Numbered from the stretch's first letter, positions 32,650 through 42,951 are shown. The stretch: DNA of 64,000 nucleotides from an uncultured delta proteobacterium (GCA_963695875.1 CAVOID010000009.1:96001-160000); one strand, 5' to 3'. Notes: generated by a model not told the origin, from the sequence alone. A program made the numbers and translations.

Positions 32650-33012
32650 GCGGGATGTGCTCCCGGTCAATTCCCAATTGGAAATGATCAACTGAAGTTC
32701 CGGTGCAGCATCTTCGGGATGATGAGCAAAACGCGCCGATGAGTTTGCCCCGTAAGATGTTGTGATAAAGTATTTTGACGACAATCCCCGATGTGTGATA
32801 ACAAATACATTATGGAAGCTTCTCCAACCCGGAGAGGCTTCCTGTTTCTTCTGCTGGGACAGATATTTCCGGATGTTAAAGAAAAAAATCCTGGTGCCAT
32901 AAATCCGCAGACTGGTGAGTATTATCCCCCTTCCGGCAAGCTGATTATTAATCCCAGAACCGGCGAATATTATCCACCCAGCGGTACTATCCGGGCATTG
33001 ACAGGGGCAGCC

Positions 33013-35721
33013 ATGACCAAGATTCACAGAAATCCGAGACGAATTTCAGGAATCATCCTTATTTTTCTGATTTTCACATTCATTTTTATTTCCGTCTTAT
33101 CATCGGCCCAGGCGTTAGATGAGGCACCAAAGCGGGACGACGGTGTTTTAAGAGCTGCGCTGGAGAATGGATTGCGGGTTGTCATTGTCCGAAATACCCG
33201 GGCTCCTGTCGTAACAATAATGGTGAATTACCTTGTTGGCTCCAACGAGGCGCCGGATGGGTTTCCCGGCATGGCCCATGCCCAGGAACACATGATGTTC
33301 AGGGGCAGCCCGGGCCTCTCAGCGGATCAGCTTGCAGACATTATCGCCCTGACGGGCGGCATGTTCAACGCCGACACGCAACAGACGGTTACACAGTACT
33401 TCCTTACCGTACCTGCGGAGGATTTGGAAGTGGCCTTACGCATCGAAGCAATCCGGATGACCGATGTTCTCGACAGTGAAAGCTTATGGGAACAGGAAAG
33501 AGGAGCTATTGAACAGGAAGTAGCCCAGGATCTCTCCAATCCCGAATTTATTTTTTACGAAAGGCTTCTTGCTGATATGTTCAAGGGCACGCCTTATGCG
33601 CGCTCACCTCTGGGTACTGCCAAATCCTTCGATAAGACAACAGGAGCAATGCTCAAGAAGTTTTATGACACCTGGTATGCACCAAACAATGCAATCATGG
33701 TAATTGTAGGTGATGTCAAACTTCAGACAGCATTGGATCAGGTCAGAAAACATTTCTCCGGAATCCCCTCCAGGAAGATTCCAAAACACCCCGTCATACA
33801 GCTTGAACCCCTGAAGCCGAAGACCTTCACCCTCAAGACGGACCAATCCTATGGGATGGTGGCAATTTCCTTCCGTATGCCCGGTTACAACAGCCAGGAT
33901 TATCCGGCAAGTGAAGTGCTTGCCGATGTATTGAGCAGCCAGCGAGGCAGTCTGTTCAATCTCGTGGTAGATGGAAAGGCTCTTGATATCGAGTTCAGTT
34001 TAAACACCCTGCCTGCGGCGGGTCTGGGTTATGTGACAGCTTCTTTTCCTAAGGGTGCTGACCCGTTGCCTTTGATCAAAGAAATCAAGAAAACACTTGC
34101 GAAGGACGTAAAGTCAGGATTTTCAGAGGATCTCGTTGAAGCTTCCAAGCGTAACAGGTTGACGAAAGCGGAACTGCGGAAGAACTCGGTATCTGATCTG
34201 GCCATGGCCTGGTCGCAGGCACTGGCAGTGGAGGGACATCAATCTCCGGACGATACCGAAAAAGCGATCCAGCAGGTTTCTCTAGCTGATGTCAACAAAG
34301 TGGCAAAGAAATGCCTGAAGTTCGACCAGGCTATAGAGGCCATTCTTATACCAGAAGCCACAGGGAAACCGGTCGCCGCCAAACCTCGCGGCAAAATGGA
34401 ATCCTTCGCCCCGAAACTGACAAAGGCCGTTAACCTTCCCGATTGGGCAGAGAAAGCATTGAGTCGACTCTCCACACCTATTTCCACAGTGAATCCTGTA
34501 GTCACAGTTTTTCAAAACGGACTCAAGCTTATCATACAGTACGAATCCGTCAGCGACACTGTAAGCGTATACGGCCACGTGAAAAACAATCCGGACATGG
34601 AGGCCCCTCCCGAAAAGGAAGGGGTGAGTCTTATACTGAACCCTCTCTTTTCTTTCGGCACAACCTCGCTGGACCGGCTTGCTTTTCAGAAAGCTCTTGA
34701 TGACATCGGGGCAGAAGTATCTGTTGAAACTGATTTCTCCCTGCAGGTTCTGGCCGGGCACTTTGATCGCGGCGTGCAACTGTTGGCGGATAACCTGCTT
34801 CATCCCGCGTTCCCTGAAGAAGCCTTTAAAATATTACAGAAGCAGGTTGCAGATGAAGTGGCGGGTGAACTTGAAAGTCCCAATTATCTGACAAGCAGAA
34901 CCCTCAAAGCCTCCCTCTTTCCTAGTGATGACGTCACACTGCGACAGGCCACGCCGTCATCCATTTCTTCGCTCACGCTTGAAGACGTGAAATCTTATTA
35001 TCAAAAGGTTTTTCGCCCTGATTTGACGACCATTGTGGTTATCGGTAAGGTGAAACCGGAGAAGGCCAGGGAGGTAATCGAGAAACACTTCGGATTATGG
35101 AAGGCAACGGGACCTAAGCCGGAAACCTTCCTGCCTTCAGTTCCACCAAACAAGCCATCCGCGACAGCCGTCCCGGATCTCAGCCGGACCCAGGTGAAGG
35201 TGATTCTTGCTGAAACGCTCGGTTTAACCAGGACCCATCCGGATTACTATGCCCTGGAATTAGGTAACCATGTGCTGGGTGGTGCATTCTACTCAACATG
35301 GCTTTACCGTGATCTGAGAGAGGATGCAGGACTCGTTTATTACGTTTCGTCATCCTTCGATGTAGGTCGTACACGGTCTCTCTATGAAGTCAGGTATGCT
35401 TGCGATCCCGGTAATGTGTCTAAAGCCAGGGCAATCATTGAGCATGATCTGAAAAAGATGCAGGACGAACCCGTCTCGCCTGATGAACTGAGAAAGGCAA
35501 AAGCTCTTTTGCTGCGGGAAATCCCTCTTGCGGAGGCGAGTGCCGAAAGCATTGCGTTGGGGCTTATTTACAGGGCCGCTAATGAACTGCCTCTCGATGA
35601 GCCTGTCCTAGCTGCCGGGAAGTACATGAAGCTAACCCCCGAGGAAGTAAGGGCCGCTTTCTCAAAGTGGCTTCGTATCGGTGATTTTGTTCAGGTAACT
35701 CAAGGGGCGCATCCACGGTAG
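33013..35721 (+). CDS. Exported M16 family zinc peptidase (two fused halves)
   Basis: Inverted zincin HAQEHMMFRG, WYAPNNA, second half FRPDLTTIVVIG; signal peptide from ATG 33013; frame open from 32791. Confidence 0.92.
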   Translation: MTKIHRNPRRISGIILIFLIFTFIFISVLSSAQALDEAPKRDDGVLRAALENGLRVVIVRNTRAPVVTIMVNYLVGSNEAPDGFPGMAHAQEHMMFRGSPGLSADQLADIIALTGGMFNADTQQTVTQYFLTVPAEDLEVALRIEAIRMTDVLDSESLWEQERGAIEQEVAQDLSNPEFIFYERLLADMFKGTPYARSPLGTAKSFDKTTGAMLKKFYDTWYAPNNAIMVIVGDVKLQTALDQVRKHFSGIPSRKIPKHPVIQLEPLKPKTFTLKTDQSYGMVAISFRMPGYNSQDYPASEVLADVLSSQRGSLFNLVVDGKALDIEFSLNTLPAAGLGYVTASFPKGADPLPLIKEIKKTLAKDVKSGFSEDLVEASKRNRLTKAELRKNSVSDLAMAWSQALAVEGHQSPDDTEKAIQQVSLADVNKVAKKCLKFDQAIEAILIPEATGKPVAAKPRGKMESFAPKLTKAVNLPDWAEKALSRLSTPISTVNPVVTVFQNGLKLIIQYESVSDTVSVYGHVKNNPDMEAPPEKEGVSLILNPLFSFGTTSLDRLAFQKALDDIGAEVSVETDFSLQVLAGHFDRGVQLLADNLLHPAFPEEAFKILQKQVADEVAGELESPNYLTSRTLKASLFPSDDVTLRQATPSSISSLTLEDVKSYYQKVFRPDLTTIVVIGKVKPEKAREVIEKHFGLWKATGPKPETFLPSVPPNKPSATAVPDLSRTQVKVILAETLGLTRTHPDYYALELGNHVLGGAFYSTWLYRDLREDAGLVYYVSSSFDVGRTRSLYEVRYACDPGNVSKARAIIEHDLKKMQDEPVSPDELRKAKALLLREIPLAEASAESIALGLIYRAANELPLDEPVLAAGKYMKLTPEEVRAAFSKWLRIGDFVQVTQGAHPR

Positions 35722-35736
35722 CGGTTCCACCTTCTA

Positions 35737-36426
35737 TTACTCCCGAATGTATCTCCATACATCAATATCATCCCCGGATTTCTTCCGGAGCTTTTCCGCC
35801 GCGGTCCGCACTATGATCCTCGCCACGTCTGCCGGGTCGGCCCCACGGTAATCCGTCATTCTTGTCGCCGTCATTCCGGGGTTGACGCAATAGACCCTCA
35901 CTCTCTCAGGAAGTTCCAGGGCAATAGCCCGTGTGAAACCCCTCACTCCCCACTTTGTTGCGCAGTACACAGTTAGTTCCGGCAACACTTCTTTAGCAAG
36001 CCCGCTTGCAATGTTGACAATCACCGCTTCCTTCTGTTTATAAAGCAGAGGCAGGAATGACCGCGTGACGTTGATGAGACCCAGCAAATTTACGCCAACC
36101 TGATTTGCCGTATCTTCCGCCGACTGCTCGATGAGAGGTTTATCCGAGACGACGCCGGCGACGTTGATTAGAACATCCAGGCGGGAGAATTCATCGGTTA
36201 TCGATTTCACGAGACGCCTTAACGACCTGTCATCACGAACATCCACGTGATAGAGGGCGGCCTTACCGTATTTCAGGCATTCTTTGAGGACATCTTTGCC
36301 GGCCGCCTCGCCTTCGAAATAGGTCACTATGACCTTGCACTTTTCCCGGGCAAGCTGAAGAACTGTCTCTCTTCCGATCCCGGAACTTGAGCCAGTGACA
36401 AGAATTGTCTTACCTTCCAGATTCAT
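35737..36426 (-). CDS. Short-chain dehydrogenase/reductase
   Basis: TGSSSGIG, INVAG, YCATK (YxxxK), VNPG. Confidence 0.93.
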   Translation of the reverse strand: MNLEGKTILVTGSSSGIGRETVLQLAREKCKVIVTYFEGEAAGKDVLKECLKYGKAALYHVDVRDDRSLRRLVKSITDEFSRLDVLINVAGVVSDKPLIEQSAEDTANQVGVNLLGLINVTRSFLPLLYKQKEAVIVNIASGLAKEVLPELTVYCATKWGVRGFTRAIALELPERVRVYCVNPGMTATRMTDYRGADPADVARIIVRTAAEKLRKKSGDDIDVWRYIRE

Positions 36427-36455
36427 GGGTCTTGTCCTTTTTCCCCCTTCTCACA

Positions 36456-38996
36456 TTACCGATACCAGAGAATCTGTGGCGCCTCCAGCGGCACCATGGC
36501 GCCACTAAGGGCAGGAATCACGCGTGGTGTAAAGTCAGTAGGCGGTCTCTGAGTCTCAATCCTCGTTTCATAGAAATATGTATTCCTGGCCGCATCCAAA
36601 AGGCCGGCTCGTGCCATTACGTGAATCTCAGGCGGCCCGGCACCCGGGACATCCGCATAAAGCTGCACCTCTATGGTGCCGGGATTAACCGCACCAAGCG
36701 TAACCTCTACCTTGAATGCATACAGGCTGTTGCCTAGATTCTTGACGTCCAGATTCCGCATTTTCAGGTGCGGCCACAGGGCTTCGATTGACTTGCACCA
36801 CTGATTGATCTGCCTCGCCATTTGGGCGTCATTCGCTGCACGCTTGCGAAAAGCCTCAATCGCCGGCAGGTAAAGCCTTTCCACATATTCCCGCAGCATT
36901 CTGTTGGAGCTGAAGGCCGGCGTCAATTCTGCCATACTCGCCCGCATAAGCGCCACCCAGGATGAAGGAATGCCATCGGCATTCCTTTCATAGAAGCAGG
37001 GAACAACCTCTGTTTCCAAAAGACGGTATAACTCTTCAGCTTCATAGGAATCCCAGTCCGGATCGTCTCCATGTTCGTGGCCGTCACCAAGGGCCCACCC
37101 TACCTCAGGGCAATACGCCTCGGCCCACCAGCCGTCAAGTTCAGACAGATTCAAGCCCCCGTTGACGAGCACCTTCATGCCGCTCGTCCCGCAAGCCTCC
37201 CACGGGCGGCGGGGCGTGTTGATCCACAGGTCAACCCCCTGCACAAGTTTCTGTGCCAGAGTCATGTCATAGTCAGCAAGAAACACCACGTGGGGTCTCA
37301 CTTCCGGGCGACTCATAAAGTGCGTCCATGCCCGGATCATCTCCTTACCATTGATGTCAAGCGGATGGGCCTTGCCGGCTATAATAAGCTGCACGGGCCT
37401 TTCCGGGTTGGTGAGAAGCCGGACCAGGCGTTCAGGATCGTGAAGCAGGAGATTCGGCCTCTTGTAGCCGGTGAACCGCCGGGCGAAACCCATGGTCAGA
37501 CAATCAGGATCAAGGAGCTGCTCACATTCATGTATGTTCTGCCGCGGTGCGCCTGCGGCAGCTAGTTGCCTTGCCAGCCTCTCCCTTGCGTACCTAATCA
37601 ATTCTTTTATGCTGGCTAAACGGAAGGCCCACAGATTCTCTTCCGGCACTTCCTTCAAATTCTGTTCAATCAACTCCAGTGTACCTTGCCATCGCGCATC
37701 GCCGCAGAAGTCAGTCCAGAGAGTATCGGCTGCCGCAGAATCCCAGGACGGCACATGAACTCCATTGGTGACATGAGTGATCGGCACTTCTCTCTCAGGT
37801 ATGCGTGGGAAAAGGGGTTGAAATATCCGGCGGCTGACCTCTCCATGCACATGGCTCACGGCATTAACCGCTCCTGATCCCCTGACGGCGAGATAGGCCA
37901 TATTGAGCGGCTCGTTGTCATCCGTCGGATTTTTGCGCCCCAGCGCAAGCAGGCTCCCCAGGCTTATCCCCAGCTTATTGGCGTAGGAAGCCAGATAGTG
38001 CTCTACCATGAACGGAGGAAATCGATCGAAGCCGGCCTCGACTGGGGTGTGAGTCGTAAAGACGTTGCCGCTGCGCGTCGCAGTCAGCGCAGCCTCGAAG
38101 GATTGCCCATGTGACGTCATAAAATCTCGTGCCCTCTCCAATATAGCCAGTGCAGCATGGCCCTCATTGAGATGACAGATCTCCGGTTCAATACCAAGCT
38201 TGGAGAGGACTCGCCACCCGCCGATGCCAAGGGCAATCTCCTGCTGCAGGCGCAGTTCCGGCCCACCGCCATACAGCTCGCTGGTGATGCCTCTGTCGGC
38301 AGCGCTATTGATAAGATCGTTACTATCAAGGAGATACAGCTTCACCTGCCCCACCGTAGCTTCCCAGACACGCAAACGCGATATACGTCCCGGAAAGTCA
38401 ACTTCTACGTGCAGCCATTCTCCTTCTTGATCGCGGACGGGCACGACAGGCAGTTGGGTCGGATCGTTATAGGGAAAGACCTCCCTCTGGCCGCCATCTG
38501 CGTCCAATGTCTGGCGGAAATAACCCTGCTGGTATAGAAGACCTATTCCCACGGCCGATACGCCGAGGTCGCTCGCTGTCTTGAGGTAATCACCCGCAAG
38601 TATTCCGAGTCCTCCCGAGTATATGGGAAGGGCTTCCCCGAGGCCATACTCCATGCTGAAATATGCAACCGTCACTGGTGACAGGGGATAAGCCTGCTGA
38701 AACCATCTGATGGTCTGCATAGATTCCCGGTGTCCCGCCACATATTTGTCCATCAGTTCGCGAAACTTCTGATCGGCTTTTAGTGCCTCAAGCCGGGTTC
38801 GTGACACTGTCTGCAGGATTACCCATGGGTTGCCGGTAATCCGCCAGAGATCCAGATCGATGTATTCCCATAAAGGATCTGCTGTATGGCTCCATGACCA
38901 TCGTAGGTTGAGGGCCAGTTCCGTCAGCCCTTCCAACCCTTCAGGCATGGTTGGTAAAAAGTAATTTGCAGGTGCAGTAGCCATTTTGTTCTCCAA
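36456..38996 (-). CDS. glgP: Alpha-glucan (glycogen) phosphorylase
   Basis: YFSMEYG, YSGGLGILAGD, HLNEGH, EACGTSGMK PLP-lysine motif; start may be ATG 38984. Confidence 0.96.
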   Translation of the reverse strand: MENKMATAPANYFLPTMPEGLEGLTELALNLRWSWSHTADPLWEYIDLDLWRITGNPWVILQTVSRTRLEALKADQKFRELMDKYVAGHRESMQTIRWFQQAYPLSPVTVAYFSMEYGLGEALPIYSGGLGILAGDYLKTASDLGVSAVGIGLLYQQGYFRQTLDADGGQREVFPYNDPTQLPVVPVRDQEGEWLHVEVDFPGRISRLRVWEATVGQVKLYLLDSNDLINSAADRGITSELYGGGPELRLQQEIALGIGGWRVLSKLGIEPEICHLNEGHAALAILERARDFMTSHGQSFEAALTATRSGNVFTTHTPVEAGFDRFPPFMVEHYLASYANKLGISLGSLLALGRKNPTDDNEPLNMAYLAVRGSGAVNAVSHVHGEVSRRIFQPLFPRIPEREVPITHVTNGVHVPSWDSAAADTLWTDFCGDARWQGTLELIEQNLKEVPEENLWAFRLASIKELIRYARERLARQLAAAGAPRQNIHECEQLLDPDCLTMGFARRFTGYKRPNLLLHDPERLVRLLTNPERPVQLIIAGKAHPLDINGKEMIRAWTHFMSRPEVRPHVVFLADYDMTLAQKLVQGVDLWINTPRRPWEACGTSGMKVLVNGGLNLSELDGWWAEAYCPEVGWALGDGHEHGDDPDWDSYEAEELYRLLETEVVPCFYERNADGIPSSWVALMRASMAELTPAFSSNRMLREYVERLYLPAIEAFRKRAANDAQMARQINQWCKSIEALWPHLKMRNLDVKNLGNSLYAFKVEVTLGAVNPGTIEVQLYADVPGAGPPEIHVMARAGLLDAARNTYFYETRIETQRPPTDFTPRVIPALSGAMVPLEAPQILWYR

Positions 38997-39111
38997 TCAA
39001 TATTAACTTTCTGGTAAGCCGTTGCCCGGGATTCACCCAAGAACGGTTCGTCGCTATTAGTTATAAATTAGGATCCGAGTATACCAGCAACTTATCTCAG
39101 CTATGATTAAA

Positions 39112-39232
39112 AAATTAATTCATGCAAAGGTTATATACAATGAGGATAAAATGGCTGTGAAATAGGAGGAAATAGCTACTATTATTCTTCCATTTAATGC
39201 TTATTGCTTTACGCAGTTAAGAACATTAGTTT
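39112..39232. promoter_or_regulatory. Divergent pair of conserved promoters (copy F towards glgP, copy E towards 39268) sharing one palindrome
   Basis: AATAGGAG-N7-CTACTATT (39161-39183); plus: ATTTAATG, TTGCTT-N17-TAGTTT; minus: ATTTTATC, TTGTAT-N17-TAATTT. Confidence 0.78.
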
Positions 39233-39267
39233 TATATCAATCATTCTTAAAAATATGGAGGTGCATA

Positions 39268-39651
39268 ATGATACGTAGAGCCGGGTCTTTGACCTTTGCA
39301 TGGGGCGTTATTTTAATTTTAGTAACGGTTTGTTGTTTATATCCTCAGACGTCTTTTGCCACTTCACCCAAAGACGTAAAACTTGAATATGATGCGAATA
39401 CGCAGATGTTGACGGTCACTATCACCCATAAAACTTCCTCACCCAATTATCACTATATAAAGTATGTCGAGATTAAAAAGGGAGAAGCAGTTGTCAGCAA
39501 TAACAAATATGAAAATCAGCCCGACCCGGAAATCTTTACATACAAATATAAAGTACCGGCGGCCGAAGGTGAGACGATAGAGGTCACCGCCACGTGCAGT
39601 ATTATGGGATCCAAGACGGTGACCATGACCGTAGGCAAGGCAGCGCAGTGA
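39268..39651 (+). CDS. Exported small beta protein, superoxide-reductase/desulfoferrodoxin-like pattern
   Basis: Signal peptide; VTITH...HYIKYVEI...ATCSIMG resembles the SOR H..HYI..CxxHG arrangement. Confidence 0.55.
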   Translation: MIRRAGSLTFAWGVILILVTVCCLYPQTSFATSPKDVKLEYDANTQMLTVTITHKTSSPNYHYIKYVEIKKGEAVVSNNKYENQPDPEIFTYKYKVPAAEGETIEVTATCSIMGSKTVTMTVGKAAQ

Positions 39652-39831
39652 AAAAGGGCCCAAAAGATAAGTGCCTTTGACCCATCGTGAAGCTCCCCAC
39701 CCACAGGGCGAGACTTCTCGGCAAGGTGCTGGTGATTCAATGAAATTGTTCATGCGCTTGAACCCTCGAATCCTCGGATCCTTTTTGCTACTGGATGGAA
39801 GAATAACCATTAACAATGTAGGACCTTTGTC

Positions 39832-40191
39832 ATGACCGCATTTCTGTACATGTTGCTGGGACTAGTGGCAGGCATTCTTAGCGGTCTCATCGGCATTGGG
39901 GGAGGGACGATTATCGTCCCGGCACTGGTTCTATTTTTTGGCATTTCACAACACATGGCTCAGGGGACAACCTTGGCCTTACTGGTTCCGCCAATCGGCA
40001 TCCTTGCGGCATGGACATATTACAGGCAGGGCTATGTAGATTTACATATTGCAGGCTTCATGTGCCTGGGTTTCTTTATTGGCGGTCTCGTAGGCGCAAA
40101 AATAGCCACAAGTCTGTCGAATATAGTCCTGGAGAGGATATTCGGGGCAGCACTTCTTCTGATTTCATTGAAGATGATATTTGCAAAATAA
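39832..40191 (+). CDS. TauE/SafE (TSUP) family transporter, half-size
   Basis: GILSGLIGIGGGTIIVPAL...QHMAQGTTL. Confidence 0.9.
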   Translation: MTAFLYMLLGLVAGILSGLIGIGGGTIIVPALVLFFGISQHMAQGTTLALLVPPIGILAAWTYYRQGYVDLHIAGFMCLGFFIGGLVGAKIATSLSNIVLERIFGAALLLISLKMIFAK

Positions 40192-40239
40192 CGCAAAGAT
40201 CCCTTTTTATCTCGAATATATGTTTCAGTCTTCTTCTTA

Positions 40240-40308
40240 GGTAGCTTATACCTACCATTATTCTTCTATTTTATCATCATTGCCTTCCTCTGCTAAACAT
40301 ACTATTTT
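40240..40308 (+). promoter_or_regulatory. Conserved activator-dependent promoter copy C (SAP-domain gene cluster)
   Basis: GGTAG-N7-CTACCATT-N8-ATTTTATC-ATC-A, -35 TTGCCT, N17, -10 TATTTT. Confidence 0.8.
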
Positions 40309-40350
40309 GCCTCTGTAAAACGTATAATATACAAACTTTGGGGGATTAAG

Positions 40351-40530
40351 ATGAATATGAAAGAAGTACGTGAGATAGCAAAGAAAAAGGGCGTTGACAT
40401 CAGGGTCGGCCGTTCCAAGGAAAACATCATCCGTGATTATCAAATGATTGAAGGCTATTCACCATGCTTTCATACAAAAAACTCATGTGCTGAAGATTGC
40501 CTCTGGAAGGAAGACTGCCTGAACGTCTAA
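40351..40530 (+). CDS. 59-aa SAP/Rho-N-like helix protein with C-terminal 4-Cys motif (absent from ORF track)
   Basis: MNMKEVREIAKKKGVDIRVGRSKENIIRDYQMIEGYSPCFHTKNSCAEDCLWKEDCLNV; GGGGA RBS. Confidence 0.8.
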   Translation: MNMKEVREIAKKKGVDIRVGRSKENIIRDYQMIEGYSPCFHTKNSCAEDCLWKEDCLNV

Positions 40531-40650
40531 TGAACTTAACTGTCTCCGGCATGAAAGATCATGCGGAATGAGAATAAAATAATAGAAACTTGGGGGTATC
40601 TCCGAGATGATTGATCCTTTTACGGCGGGAAAGGGTATAGGAAAAGTTAT

Positions 40651-40884
40651 ATGGAAGAGCTCGACGGACTGAAGAATATAGAACACTTGAAACGTTCTCT
40701 TGAAGAGGCTGAGATAATTAAAACCGGCATGAAGCTGGTCTTGATGAACCCATCTTTAAATTCAGAGTGCAAGGGAAAGTATGAGATAGCATTCTCGAAG
40801 TTAAGAGATGAGATCAGAGAGTTAAAAACGATGATGAGCGCTGTAAGAAACGGAACATATCCCCGGTCTATTGAAAAAAATTAG
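40651..40884 (+). CDS. Small helical hypothetical protein
   Basis: AGGA RBS, coiled-coil-like, co-oriented within the cluster. Confidence 0.5.
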   Translation: MEELDGLKNIEHLKRSLEEAEIIKTGMKLVLMNPSLNSECKGKYEIAFSKLRDEIRELKTMMSAVRNGTYPRSIEKN

Positions 40885-40905
40885 ATGTAAAAGGAATAAT
40901 GTTTG

Positions 40906-41619
40906 ATGGGCAAGCTACATATTATATCAAGGAGCAGCCAGCCCTTCCCAGACAGAAGAGAGGCGGGCATACTCTTAGGCAATGAATTAAAAACTCTCGA
41001 ACTCGAAAGAGAAAATCCGATTGTTGTAGCTATTCTGCGCGGAGGGATAATTGTTGCCAGTCAGGTTGCACTTATATTGAACTGTGATCTGGATATTGCG
41101 CTTTCTCGGAAACTCGGCGCCCCTTTCAATCCGGAATTGGCCATAGGCGCAATAAGTGAAAATGGCACCTTATTTTTAAATGAAATGATAGCGGCCCAGG
41201 TCGGCGCAACGGATTTTTATATCAAAAGGGAAGTAGCTGAACAATCGGAAGTGATCGCCGAACGCATTAAATATTTTCGCAAGGACTTCCCTAAAATAAA
41301 CTTAAAGGGGAGATATGTCATAATCGTAGATGATGGCATAGCAACCGGAGCGACTATGCAGGCGACGCTCTGGTCTATCAATCAGGAAAATCCGCGGAAG
41401 TTGATGGTGGCCCTGCCGGTGGGACCCGAAGACAGTTTAAGGAGACTATCAAAAGACGCTGATGATGTAATATGCCTGCGGGTGCCGGAATTCTTTTCGG
41501 CTGTCGGACAATTCTATTTTAAATTTGAGCAAACCGAGGATGAAGAAGTCTTACAGATTTTAAATGACGAGAAAGCTCGAGCCGGAGATGAAAACAGAAT
41601 TATTAAAAAAGTCGGTTGA
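40906..41619 (+). CDS. Phosphoribosyltransferase family protein
   Basis: FPDRREAG, RKLGAPFNPELAIGA, IIVDDGIATGATM PRPP loop, AVGQFY. Confidence 0.92.
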   Translation: MGKLHIISRSSQPFPDRREAGILLGNELKTLELERENPIVVAILRGGIIVASQVALILNCDLDIALSRKLGAPFNPELAIGAISENGTLFLNEMIAAQVGATDFYIKREVAEQSEVIAERIKYFRKDFPKINLKGRYVIIVDDGIATGATMQATLWSINQENPRKLMVALPVGPEDSLRRLSKDADDVICLRVPEFFSAVGQFYFKFEQTEDEEVLQILNDEKARAGDENRIIKKVG

Positions 41620-41998
41620 ACTTTCTGAGAAGACCCGGCATGTTTTTATTGCGACCGTAAACGAGGAAGGCATACCCCATATAGCAGCCTCAAAGAGACT
41701 CTCTCTTGCCTCGAGAAATAACGTTGTTCTTACCGAGTGGTTTTGTCCCGGGACTATGGCAAACCTGCTGGGGAAGAATCATAATCTGACAATTGTTGTG
41801 TGGGATTCGAAAACAGACACCGGTTATCAGTTAGTCGGAGTAGCAGAGAAAGAAGAGGACATGGCTTATTTAAACGGTTATTCACCTGATTTGAAGAAGC
41901 AAAATACTGTACCTCAAATTCAGAGAAAAGTGACAGTTCGAATCGACAAGATTATAGATTTTAAATTATCACCGCATACGGATATTGAAAGGAGATGA
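41588..41998 (+). CDS. Pyridoxamine 5'-phosphate oxidase-like FMN-binding protein
   Basis: FIATVNEEGIPH...TMANL...GYQLVG split-barrel pattern. Confidence 0.75.
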   Translation: MKTELLKKSVELSEKTRHVFIATVNEEGIPHIAASKRLSLASRNNVVLTEWFCPGTMANLLGKNHNLTIVVWDSKTDTGYQLVGVAEKEEDMAYLNGYSPDLKKQNTVPQIQRKVTVRIDKIIDFKLSPHTDIERR

Positions 41999-42001
41999 AG
42001 A

Positions 42002-42262
42002 ATGATTGATTGGAAGGACAGGCTTATTTGCGCTTCCGAATGCGCGAGGTGCCACAGAAAGTTGAAAGCGGCGGATAAAAGGATTTTATCCAGCTACGAT
42101 CATGAGGCCATATGTGTAAAGTGTAAAAGTGATGAAGAAAAACGCCCTGATTATGAAGAGGTATCGAAAAGAATGATTGGACAGTGCCAGGCAGAAACAG
42201 ATTTGAAGCAAAGTGATCCGGAGGGATTTTGCTTCAATCACTTTTACGCTTACAAGTGCTGA
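42002..42262 (+). CDS. Small Cys-rich (zinc-finger-like) protein
   Basis: CARC...ICVKC plus additional Cys; starts 3 nt after the previous stop. Confidence 0.7.
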   Translation: MIDWKDRLICASECARCHRKLKAADKRILSSYDHEAICVKCKSDEEKRPDYEEVSKRMIGQCQAETDLKQSDPEGFCFNHFYAYKC

Positions 42263-42644
42263 TCTATAAATGGTTAATGTTAAGGATGGTCGCGTGACAA
42301 GAAGAGTTACATTTCTTCCCGTCATCTGCTTGCCGCTACAGATAACGTGGCACATGACGGCCATCCGTTTTTCGACGGACTTTCGGATAACCTCATCCTG
42401 TAGCTACCATTTTCTATTTCTTCTCTTCGAGTGGCGGAGGGTGTCGCCTCTTCATCTTCCGCCACACATTTTTGATGTGCGGCATCTGAGACCGGAGGCA
42501 CCGGCATTCTCGCTCCACACAGTTCTGAATACGAATGGCATACGAAATTAAATGGAGGTGATAAGGCACTATGGATGAAATGGATATCGCCCGGGCTGGT
42601 GGCGGGAAACCGACTTGCCACGTTCCGATTGTGGGGGAGATGCC

Positions 42645-42893
42645 ATGAGGTATGTGATCATATTCCTTATCGTGGCGCTGTTCTGCCAGGTGATTATCCA
42701 TTGGCCGATCCGGCAGGAACAGAGGGGCGCGGTCATATGGCGATCAGCGCAGGAAAAGAGGGACTTTTATAGACTGTTGCGGAAACACGGGCAGCATAAC
42801 CAGATATCCGCAATTTTTTACGACGGATCGAAGGCGTATTTTATCAGCGAGAACCGTCAGAAGTCCCTCTTTGAGTGGAAGGGAAACGGATAA
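42645..42893 (+). CDS. Small membrane-anchored hypothetical protein
   Basis: GGGGAG RBS, hydrophobic N-terminus MRYVIIFLIVALFC. Confidence 0.45.
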   Translation: MRYVIIFLIVALFCQVIIHWPIRQEQRGAVIWRSAQEKRDFYRLLRKHGQHNQISAIFYDGSKAYFISENRQKSLFEWKGNG

Positions 42894-42951
42894 TAGAGGG
42901 AAAGTGTTGCGCGCCGAATAAATATATCTTAATGCGTAAGGAATCACAACC

